From an uncultured bacterium (lineage in GTDB: Bacteria > Patescibacteriota > Minisyncoccia > Phycocordibacterales > UBA9973): a stretch of 57,700 nucleotides of DNA. Below, in pieces: positions 1-7,636 of this stretch (its first letter is position 1; each line of letters opens with the position of its first letter). The notes beneath the pieces were generated by a model. That model made no database searches and was not told the origin of the DNA. It worked only from the letters and a program-made list of their open reading frames with translations. Both the position numbers and the translations under genes were made by a program. The stretch lies in NCBI GenBank assembly GCA_903894565.1, contig CAITQP010000012.1, positions 1 to 57,700 on the forward strand. Reading direction: 5' to 3'.

Positions 1-1
1 A

Positions 2-163
2 ATATTTTCTCTTAACAAAAGACAAGCGCTATTGGATTATCTTGATGAATTGGTTGCAAACGTGCCCGAAGAACAAATTACAATACTGAAAGATATACAC
101 GGCGATGATTATGCAAAACCGTACTGGCAAATTATCGAGCATGAAAAAAGAGATCGGGATTAG
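2..163 (+). CDS. 3' end of an ORF that starts upstream of the window; hypothetical
   Basis: Frame 2 is open from the window edge to TAG at 161-163 (...LDYLDELVANVPEEQITILKDIHGDDYAKPYWQIIEHEKRDRD*). No family recognised. Confidence 0.3.
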   Translation: MFSLNKRQALLDYLDELVANVPEEQITILKDIHGDDYAKPYWQIIEHEKRDRD

Positions 164-213
164 ATAAAATTGCCCATTGTTGCCAATTTTGTTCTGATAC
201 CTATAATCCGCAC

Positions 214-1585
214 ATGACCAATCAAATAGCATTCGCCCCCGAGAAACCACCTATTATTATCCGTTACTGCATATATGCCCGTAAATCCATGGAAGCCGAG
301 GAACGGCAAGCTCTTTCCATCGAATCCCAGCTCTCGGAAATGAAAGTCATCGCCGACCGCGACGGTCTACAAGTCGTATGTGTAAAGACCGAAGCACACT
401 CGGCAAAAAGCTCAGGTCAGCGACCCGTTTTCAAGGAGATGATTGAAGGACTCAAGCAAGGAACATACAATGGCATTCTTACATGGAATGCAGACCGCTT
501 GAGTCGTAATGCGGGCGACCTCGGGCATCTCGTCGATATCATGGACAAAGGATTGCTTCTTGAGATACGCACATTCGGACAAACATTCAGCAATTCACCG
601 AGTGATAAATTCCTTTTGATGATTCTCTGTTCGCAAGCAAAACTTGAAAACGACAACAAAGCCATCAATGTCCAACGCGGACTTCGTGCACGAGTCGAAT
701 CAGGATTATGGCCATGCGTTGCACCGATGGGATATCTCAATCCGAAACTCAAAGATAAACTCTGTGAAAAAGAACTCGATCCCGAGCGTGCGCCGATCAT
801 CAGGCGAATATTCGAGAAGGCGGCATACGAGGATCAATCGACACATCAAATTCTCCGTTGGCTTCACAGCATCGACTTTCGTTCTCCTGGAGGAAATCTT
901 TTAAATCTCAGTAGTGTACAAGCGATCCTCCATCGTCACTTCTATTACGGATATTTTGAGTTTCCCGCAAAAAGTGGAAAGTGGTACAAAGGAAAACACA
1001 AACGAATTATCACAAAGCAGATTTTCATGGACGCGCAGGAACAGATACAAAAAAAGACGCGTCAAAAAGAAATACGCAAAATTACGTGAATCACCGTTTG
1101 CGTTTTTGCGAATGATTCGATGCGGAAAATGCAGTTCTGGTATTACCGCTGTTGAGAAAACAAGACGCAATAGAATAAATAAACGAGAACGCCAATATAG
1201 ATATTACGTTTGCAGTCGCAGTAGAAATCGAGATTGTCGCGAGCAATGTATAAACGAAACACAATTAATGAGTGAACTATTCAAAGTGCTTGATCGTGTT
1301 GATATTGATCTCATTGGCATGCGTGAATTTTTTGAAGTTAAAATCGAAGAGTATTACAAGCTTCAAGAATTCATTACGGGAGACCCGATTTCAGATCGCA
1401 GTAAGGAACAGAAAGATTACGACCTCCGTAAATATGCCAAAGTCGTTTTTGACGATGGTCGTATTGAAGAACAGCGCGAAATCCTCAAGCATTTGACCAG
1501 TCGCTTGATACTGAAAGACAAGCAGATTTACCTCGACACAGAGCCTCTAATTGAGCCAGAACTGGACGAAACTCATATTTCCTGA
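214..1585 (+). pseudogene. Large serine recombinase (resolvase catalytic domain plus recombinase/zinc-ribbon domain), interrupted by a frameshift
   Basis: The 214-1089 ORF carries the resolvase N-domain (IRYCIYARKSMEAEERQALSIESQ, DRLSRN). The C-terminal part (FLRMIRCGKCSSGITAVEK...YYVCSRSRNRDC) continues in the next frame to 1585. The frame switch must lie in the A-rich tract at about 1046-1090. Confidence 0.8.
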
Positions 1586-1795
1586 CCTGTGTCCCATTTG
1601 TCCCATTTTTTCCAAAATCCCTATATTTTTCAACAAAAGACGCACATGAAATTCGCTCAGAAACGCTCAATTTTCAACATTCCTCAGTTGACCTCAAGTG
1701 ACCTGTACGCGTCAAAATCCCACTCCGCGAGTAGCTCGAAAACCCTTACAAGGTCTTGATCGACAAGTTCTTGAACCTGTGCGGGGAGCAAATGT

Positions 1796-1824
1796 TTGAC
1801 AAATACACGATATTATGCTATTAT
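1796..1824 (+). promoter_or_regulatory. Sigma70-like promoter candidate (TTGACA-17 nt-TATTAT)
   Basis: TTGACA at 1796-1801, a 17-nt spacer, then TATTAT at 1819-1824. It sits about 110 nt upstream of the 1935 ORF. Confidence 0.4.
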
Positions 1825-1934
1825 CCTAATAATAGTTTTTTGACATACGAGGTTGTTGCTTATTGTGCCTTCTTTGCTTCTGTACGGTGGCGGAGAAGAC
1901 ACAATAATTTCTAACCAACATAAAAACGTTTCAT

Positions 1935-2252
1935 ATGAACAAACCGAAATGGATCATCGTAATCACTTTAATTGCGATGGCGGTATTCGCCACAAGACAG
2001 GTAGTTAGCTTTAACAAAGAAAAAGCAGATCTACCACGAGTGCACACTGCGAGAAGCTGCGATGATTGCAGTTTCCTAAAAGTAAGGGTTTCCAACCATC
2101 AAGTATCCGAAATTGCTGGTCGCGCATTTTATGTAAAACCAGTCGATACTTTTGACTGGAAAAACAAATGCCAAGGAACACAAGGGCAAACGATCGTTTA
2201 CGAACCATCGGATTCCAAAAGTGGTATCCCTGTAAAATTGTGCGATCTGTAA
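1935..2252 (+). CDS. Small secreted or membrane-anchored protein with 4 Cys; hypothetical
   Basis: N-terminal hydrophobic helix (WIIVITLIAMAVFA). No family recognised. Confidence 0.5.
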   Translation: MNKPKWIIVITLIAMAVFATRQVVSFNKEKADLPRVHTARSCDDCSFLKVRVSNHQVSEIAGRAFYVKPVDTFDWKNKCQGTQGQTIVYEPSDSKSGIPVKLCDL

Positions 2253-2361
2253 GAACATTAACTCACCAATGGATAACTCATCCTGTGGTGAGTTTTCTAT
2301 TTCTCTTCAATAATCGCAATTCGAACATCGTCCCAAGTTCGGAGCAACGTAGTAAGCATTT

Positions 2362-2871
2362 ATGGTAGAAAATATTGAGAACAACGCAAACGAAAAAGAA
2401 CTCGCAAAAGACTGGCGGGAATTTTGTTTTACTGAATTTCGATATTCAATACTCAGAAGTAACCTGCTGAGTGATGATTTCAGTAAAAGCCTACTTCAAA
2501 TCGCTTCTATTATTTTCGCCGGCTCCGTGGCGTTTGCTGAAAAAATATCAGAACTTAGTTTTGTTCTTAAAATTATTTTTACAATCGGACTAAGTCTTAT
2601 TGTTATTTCATTAATCTTCGGAATAGTAAATACTCAAATTCGCCAAAATTTTTGGGAAAATGCCGTCGGAAAATCAAGCCGAAGATTCAGATATTATGAT
2701 GACGTACTAAAAGGAAGCAAGAGTCTTACGGAAGCAGAAATAGGAGCAAAAGAGGCTATCGGAGGTGAAATGAAGCAGAGATCAGCTACTTGGGCATGGG
2801 TAACACAACTCACTCTTCTTTCTATAGGAATAGTTCTGATGGGTATATGTTTTGCATTTAAGATTTTTTAA
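2362..2871 (+). CDS. Hypothetical 3-TM membrane protein
   Basis: Three hydrophobic segments (LLQIASIIFAGSVAFA, IIFTIGLSLIVISLIFGIV, WVTQLTLLSIGIVLMGICFAF). Its stop overlaps the convergent HNH gene stop within TTAA at 2868-2871. Confidence 0.5.
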   Translation: MVENIENNANEKELAKDWREFCFTEFRYSILRSNLLSDDFSKSLLQIASIIFAGSVAFAEKISELSFVLKIIFTIGLSLIVISLIFGIVNTQIRQNFWENAVGKSSRRFRYYDDVLKGSKSLTEAEIGAKEAIGGEMKQRSATWAWVTQLTLLSIGIVLMGICFAFKIF

Positions 2872-3197
2872 TTATCCTCGCTTGCATTGTTTGATAGTGA
2901 ATCGTGTACCTCCATATGGCAATTCGCACACAGGAGAACACATTTATTAATCTCTTTTCGAATTGCTTCCCATGAACGTGTTAGTCCTTTTGCCGACACA
3001 CCAAAATCTTTCTTTTTCGGATCGAGGTGATGAAAACTGAGTGCTCGAGCACATTTATTATACCCACATAGTACACACTTCCCTCCCGCATATTCTCGAG
3101 CCATTTCGCGAAGCTTCCTTCTGCGCCGCTTGACGGCTTCGCGCATATACACTGCCCGATCAGCATAGGTTCGAGTTTCCTTCCTCGTGGTAGACAT
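2868..3197 (-). CDS. HNH endonuclease
   Basis: Motif CVLCGYNKC...LSFHHLDPKKKDF...LLCANCHMEVH. I set the start at internal Met15 (MSTTRKETR, ATG at 3197). Confidence 0.75.
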   Translation of the reverse strand: MSTTRKETRTYADRAVYMREAVKRRRRKLREMAREYAGGKCVLCGYNKCARALSFHHLDPKKKDFGVSAKGLTRSWEAIRKEINKCVLLCANCHMEVHDSLSNNASEDN

Positions 3198-3298
3198 ACG
3201 TAAAGTATACCTAGCACTAAATTGACCAAGCAAAATCAAGTTTAGAATTCGTTTATAAATAATTTAGATTTACACACTCCTTCAAAAGCATTGGGTAT

Positions 3299-3336
3299 AA
3301 AAAAAGCCAATGAAAAGATGACTCTTTTCATTGGCT
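3299..3336 (-). terminator. Rho-independent terminator of the 3354-3773 gene
   Basis: 13-bp stem (agccaatgaaaag / cttttcattggct) with an A7 run on the plus strand, which is a T-run on the minus strand. Confidence 0.5.
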
Positions 3337-3353
3337 CTGTAATTTACTTTCAC

Positions 3354-3773
3354 TTACGCCCCCACATCAATTAATGCATGCCCTGCAGTGTGTCCATACA
3401 GTCCCTTGATGGCACTGAAGAACAACTCAATACTAATCACTCTTACCCCTTTTACAGGTAAAAGCTTTTCTACATTCACCAGATGCATCGAGTATTCCTC
3501 CTCATCTGGAATACAGGTGTCTGCCGTCATCTGGTTGAGCATTTTGGGCGTTACTTCAAAAGTACCCAATAATTTTTCGCCATCTGAAAAACAAATTTCG
3601 AGCGTTTTTTTAGTAGTGCCTCTCATGATGAATTTTTTTCTCACCTCACCTTCTTTGTCAAAGATTGAACTGACTGGAAGGTTCATTCTGAAAAAAAGTT
3701 GACGGAAACCTACTCCATTTTCGGCGATTCGCCCGAGGAGTTGTAACATTAAGGAATTGTCTGGTAGTTCCAT
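3354..3773 (-). CDS. Hypothetical protein (139 aa)
   Basis: Clean ORF followed by a terminator. No recognisable motifs. Confidence 0.5.
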   Translation of the reverse strand: MELPDNSLMLQLLGRIAENGVGFRQLFFRMNLPVSSIFDKEGEVRKKFIMRGTTKKTLEICFSDGEKLLGTFEVTPKMLNQMTADTCIPDEEEYSMHLVNVEKLLPVKGVRVISIELFFSAIKGLYGHTAGHALIDVGA

Positions 3774-3905
3774 TGTTATGGTTTTAATTTGTTAGAAATA
3801 TTGATTGATTCATATTATATCACAATATATATCGTTATGTCAATAGTAAGCACGACTGGGGCCGATAGAAATTGAATCAATAGTTAAGATCACCCAACAA
3901 GTAAT

Positions 3906-3938
3906 CCCCTAATCTCACTGAGTGTCGTCACCGGAAAT
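3906..3938 (+). repeat. Direct repeat copy 1 (cccctaatctcactgagtgtcgtcaccggaaat)
   Basis: Imperfect direct repeat of 4100-4130. Shared core is CCCCTA-ATC-CACTGA-T-TC-TCACCGGAAA. Confidence 0.6.
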
Positions 3939-4002
3939 GGATACTCTTTCATCCAGTCAATAGTTCGAAAGTCGTCTAGCTACATGAACATAATAGGACA
4001 AG

Positions 4003-4031
4003 GGAGCTCGAAAGAGCTCTTTTGTCGTTTT
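4003..4031 (+). terminator. Orphan hairpin plus T-tract (gagctc-gaaa-gagctc-ttttgtcgtttt)
   Basis: Palindromic GAGCTC stem followed by a T-rich tail. There is no ORF of 60 aa or more upstream on the plus strand. Confidence 0.35.
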
Positions 4032-4099
4032 AGGACAATCTTTTTCTTTGGTTCGAAAATCTTTTCAGTGTCATGCCTCGAATCATCCATAGTACCCCT

Positions 4100-4130
4100 C
4101 CCCTATATCACTGAATATCATCACCGGAAA
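4100..4130 (+). repeat. Direct repeat copy 2 (cccctatatcactgaatatcatcaccggaaa)
   Basis: See 3906-3938. The two copies are about 190 nt apart in an ORF-free gap. Confidence 0.6.
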
Positions 4131-4154
4131 CAGAGAATTGCTGTGTGACATAAC

Positions 4155-4193
4155 AAAAAAGAAACCGTGGTAATAATAGTATTACCACGGTTC
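4155..4193 (-). terminator. Rho-independent terminator of the 4214-4642 gene
   Basis: Hairpin gaaaccgtggtaata/tattaccacggttc preceded by A6 on the plus strand (T-run on the minus strand). Confidence 0.6.
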
Positions 4194-4213
4194 CAATCCA
4201 TTCTTTGAACATT

Positions 4214-4642
4214 TTAATTTAACTCTGCATCATCAAAAGACTCCACGCCACCGATAGGCGACTGAATGAGTTCAGCAATCATTTTCAAATGCAGTTGCAT
4301 CTGCAAGTGCCCTAGAACTTGCAGATGCAAATTCGTGTTCTCTGTTTCAAGATCTTTCATCCTGATCTCAGCATCGTGATCATAAGCACTCCAATCATAT
4401 ATTGACCGAGCTGCTAAAAACATCGTTGCAATAAAAGCTGCAAAGAAAAAATATCCGGTAGTAGCCCACAACAGAAATGGGCCATGATCAACGAGTGGTT
4501 CCATGATACCAAGAGTTTCTATCTCATAGCACTGAAGTAGTGACAACACGACCATCGTCAATGCTATGAACATTCCGAGGAGTGCATAGAGCACTCTATT
4601 TCGTCGGGCTTTTACCGTAAACGACTTTTTGTTTTTTTTCAT
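4214..4642 (-). CDS. Hypothetical 2-TM membrane protein with a C-terminal coiled-coil-like tail
   Basis: Two hydrophobic helices, then MKDLETENTNLHLQVLGHLQMQLHLKMIAEL. I set the start at Met13 (MKKNKKSF). Confidence 0.5.
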   Translation of the reverse strand: MKKNKKSFTVKARRNRVLYALLGMFIALTMVVLSLLQCYEIETLGIMEPLVDHGPFLLWATTGYFFFAAFIATMFLAARSIYDWSAYDHDAEIRMKDLETENTNLHLQVLGHLQMQLHLKMIAELIQSPIGGVESFDDAELN

Positions 4643-4652
4643 ATTTACACCT

Positions 4653-4712
4653 ATTTTGGGGTTAATCAATCTTCCCAATGTGAGAAATGAGATGCTTGAT
4701 TAACCCCAAAAT
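4653..4712. promoter_or_regulatory. 17-bp perfect inverted repeat in the 5' region of the 4214-4642 gene
   Basis: attttggggttaatcaa (4653-4669) pairs with ttgattaaccccaaaat (4696-4712), separated by a 26-nt spacer. Confidence 0.4.
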
Positions 4713-4858
4713 TCATATGGTAAAGAAACACATTATTCTCACAATAACACGCTGATTTTGTAAGTCAACCAACGCTGCCCGTCGTGTTGACTTACTACTA
4801 TGGTGTTTGGATCTGTAATTTGACTTATTTTATTTAATTCCTCGCAGTGTTCAATCTC

Positions 4859-6163
4859 CTATAAATCAAGGATCGTTCGCTCGATCCCCTCAAAATCATA
4901 GGTCGATGGAAAGTGCTCTTCGAATATTTTCATGGAAATATCATTGGCATATGCATTAGTGCGCGATGCGTAATGCATGGCAAGAATCATTTCTTCTGGC
5001 TCGCCAACACAATCAAGCGGCTTATACCCTTCGATACCAAGTGTGCGTTTGACGTACGAGACGAGGCGTTTGTCGGCGTAGAGATCGGCACCAAAGATTT
5101 TTATCATTTCTTTTCTCGGTAAGAATGCTGAAAACGAAGCAAACAGAAACATGCATTTCGGGCATTGTTTACACCAGTAGGATTTCCGCAGTAATCTTTG
5201 TTGAATGCGTGGAAGCCAAAAATACGTATTGCAACTTGTGAAGTAACGGAGATATTTTGGATACTGCACGAACTGACGCACGATTTCGAGTTCGCTGTAT
5301 TTGCGCAAAAGTGAGCTGTTTGAAATATCTGGTGTGATGTAACGATGGATATAATCATTGATCATCTTTTCAGCTTCAGATGATTTGCACCATTGGTGAT
5401 TGACCTCAAGGCCGAGGTACGTCAGATTGCCGAAATCGGCACTGCGCTCATTTGAGAAAATGATCGAATTATAGCCCAGCACTTCAGCGAGAAGTGTGGC
5501 AATGAATGTAAAAGTAGAGACAGATGGATATGCGCTCGATGCTCGGAAGTGATTCACTGCATTAATGCGCGCATCGCGACGACGGGTGACGGTGATCGTC
5601 TTTGCTCCGACAAGCTTGCCGATGCGAGTGTGAGCCGGCGTCGGAGCAAATGCGAAGAAATCGAACGGTATGTTTTCGGCTCGCAACATTTCAGCTGAGA
5701 GGATAGAATCTTTGCCCGCACCGTTTAGGAGAAGTGCGCGTGTAGGCAAATCACACTGTGCCGGCGCGGGCGCAACACGAGCCTCATCAAACGGAAAAGC
5801 AATAAGTCCACGAAAATCCATTTTCATGTCGTAAAAAAATTCGGCCAGTCCATTCAGATAGAGCGAGTCCCAAAAAGTTGCTTGTTCGCGCGTGAGCGCG
5901 AACCCATCGATGTGCATGTTTGGTGTTGGGTATACACTCCAATAATTGATACCGAGCATGAGCAGTAAGGATTGCAATGTCGGCTCGAGCACCTCTTTTG
6001 GCACCTTGTTCCACATTTCAGACGTAACATCTGGAAACATGAGTCGGTCGATATAGGTCCTCGTGCTCCCGCCCATAAATTCCACACGATAGGTAAAAGA
6101 AATAATTGAACGAGTAGAGTCAATTTTGTACGTACCAAAAGTGAACGATGCGGCCTGAGACAT
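4859..6163 (-). CDS. Hypothetical protein with a PP-loop-like motif and a C-terminal Cys cluster (adenine-nucleotide alpha-hydrolase-like?)
   Basis: 434-aa ORF. LLLNGAGKDS resembles the SGGxDS PP-loop. It also carries WCKQCPKC and an additional conserved-looking Cys (LDCVGEPEE). Confidence 0.55.
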   Translation of the reverse strand: MSQAASFTFGTYKIDSTRSIISFTYRVEFMGGSTRTYIDRLMFPDVTSEMWNKVPKEVLEPTLQSLLLMLGINYWSVYPTPNMHIDGFALTREQATFWDSLYLNGLAEFFYDMKMDFRGLIAFPFDEARVAPAPAQCDLPTRALLLNGAGKDSILSAEMLRAENIPFDFFAFAPTPAHTRIGKLVGAKTITVTRRRDARINAVNHFRASSAYPSVSTFTFIATLLAEVLGYNSIIFSNERSADFGNLTYLGLEVNHQWCKSSEAEKMINDYIHRYITPDISNSSLLRKYSELEIVRQFVQYPKYLRYFTSCNTYFWLPRIQQRLLRKSYWCKQCPKCMFLFASFSAFLPRKEMIKIFGADLYADKRLVSYVKRTLGIEGYKPLDCVGEPEEMILAMHYASRTNAYANDISMKIFEEHFPSTYDFEGIERTILDL

Positions 6164-6208
6164 TGTTATATCGTACTATGCGTGAGCAACTGTGTCCACG
6201 AAAACATC

Positions 6209-6460
6209 CTAGCGGTGCGGGCAGCCAGCCCAACAACAAGGACGGCGCTTCCCTTTCAGAAGATTTTCACTCATGATTCGCATTCGGCGACTTCGTGTTT
6301 CGTTTTTTTTGGCGGAGGTAATCCAACAAATCCACTCATTGCGCGCAAGCGGAGTGAGATCTTCCCATAGTGTTTGTATGCCCTGTTTCGATGCGAGCAT
6401 CTCTTGTACATCAAGCGGGGCTCGATGTACCATCTTCGCGACGACTCGTTTCTGTGCCAT
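6209..6460 (-). CDS. YdeI/OmpD-associated family protein
   Basis: LTPLARNEWICWITSAKKNETRSRR...GKRRPCCWAGCPHR is the typical C-terminal signature of this family. Confidence 0.7.
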   Translation of the reverse strand: MAQKRVVAKMVHRAPLDVQEMLASKQGIQTLWEDLTPLARNEWICWITSAKKNETRSRRMRIMSENLLKGKRRPCCWAGCPHR

Positions 6461-6542
6461 ATGTTCTATATTACCAGAATCTTGTCTGAAGAGCTCTCTC
6501 TACGACTGTTCAATTTGACATTCTCCAGAAACTGTCTAATCT

Positions 6543-6860
6543 ATGAATAACACCCACCACACCTTCATTAAATCACTGGCCTTTTTTGAAAATACGTACC
6601 ATTTCATTTGGTTTTTAACATCGATAGCGATCCTTGTTTATTTAATAGGAAATTCGCTTCAACACAAAAAGCGCCCTCCTAAAATTCCTCTCACATTTTT
6701 TCTTCGTTCTTGCATCTGTAGCTGCGTTTTGTGTTTTTATTTTTTATCCAAGGGTAGAAATACAAGACCATACCTTCACCATACACTGTGTTTGGTACAA
6801 CGCTCTCTTGGGAATCATAACGTTCTTCGTGGGAAGATACATTCAAAAAACAAATCATAA
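6543..6860 (+). CDS. Small hypothetical membrane protein, possibly frameshifted
   Basis: The N-terminal half is hydrophobic. After the T6 run near 6694 an alternative frame reads as a more convincing membrane segment (FVLASVAAFCVFIFYP...LLGIITFFVG). Confidence 0.3.
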   Translation: MNNTHHTFIKSLAFFENTYHFIWFLTSIAILVYLIGNSLQHKKRPPKIPLTFFLRSCICSCVLCFYFLSKGRNTRPYLHHTLCLVQRSLGNHNVLRGKIHSKNKS

Positions 6861-6888
6861 AAAGCCAACCTAAAAGTTGGCTTTTTAT
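6858..6888. terminator. Bidirectional terminator between convergent genes
   Basis: aaaaagccaac-ctaaaa-gttggcttttt. Confidence 0.6.
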
Positions 6889-6903
6889 CTTGGTCGCGTT
6901 TTT

Positions 6904-7632
6904 TTATTCTTTACGATACTTCTTGGCGTACACGTAAAATCGTGCGCTGACTGCAAGAAGCGCTACAAGTGTAACAATGAATGCCCAAAACCAGCCAGAG
7001 CGGACTGACCATGTTCCTGCGCCAATTGCCGAAGCTGACAAGGCTTGCGCTGTGACTGTTTCAGTCGCAACTGGAGCTGTCACTTCTGGAGTTTTAGGTG
7101 CCTCAACTGATACGACTTTCTTCGCGGGAGTCGTTGTTTCGGTGGTTACTTTTTGCTCAACAGGAGCTGTTATCGTAACTGAAACTGGAGTACTTGTGAT
7201 CGTACCTTGTGTACTTTCAAGAAAAGCGACTGAACTTGAATCAATTGAAATTTGGCCAGTTCCTGAAGCTTTGGCCGTGAACGTAATTGTTTCAAAAACT
7301 TTCTTTCCAGAAAATCCTGCAGGAAAACCTGCCGTCTTTGTGATTATTCCATTCGTCGTATCAAGTGAATCATACCCAGCCTGAGTGAGCGCCATCCAAT
7401 CATTCGTCTGTACAATATTCGCAACTGATACGAGCTCAGTTGGATATTTTATTATAATTTTTTCTGCGTCGTTCACGTCGCTTGCTGAATCAACGTTTAC
7501 AGTCAACGTGAACGTCGTACCTGCAACTGCATTCACAGAACTTGGCGACATACTGGCAGTTGTAGCTGCAAATGTCGCATGACTAAACATGAGCACTCCG
7601 AGCACAATGAGAATTGTAGAATATTTTTTCAT
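6904..7632 (-). CDS. Cohesin-domain protein with signal peptide, Thr/Pro/Val linker and C-terminal TM anchor
   Basis: Signal peptide MKKYSTILIVLGVLMFSHATFA. Cohesin-like block (AGTTFTLTVNVDSASDVNDAEKIIIKYP...TITFTAKASGTGQISID). C-terminal helix WFWAFIVTLVALLAV plus a KKYRKE tail. Confidence 0.7.
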   Translation of the reverse strand: MKKYSTILIVLGVLMFSHATFAATTASMSPSSVNAVAGTTFTLTVNVDSASDVNDAEKIIIKYPTELVSVANIVQTNDWMALTQAGYDSLDTTNGIITKTAGFPAGFSGKKVFETITFTAKASGTGQISIDSSSVAFLESTQGTITSTPVSVTITAPVEQKVTTETTTPAKKVVSVEAPKTPEVTAPVATETVTAQALSASAIGAGTWSVRSGWFWAFIVTLVALLAVSARFYVYAKKYRKE

Positions 7633-7636
7633 ATAA

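Noticed and set aside
29-250. 73-aa minus-strand ORF at the window start
   Set aside because: It overlaps both the plus-strand partial ORF and the recombinase start, and has no supporting signals.
914-1085. Upstream part of the 914-1585 ORF as an independent gene start
   Set aside because: Residues before about 1088 in this frame are the out-of-frame reading of the recombinase catalytic-domain gene. Only the part after the frameshift matches recombinase C-terminal domains.
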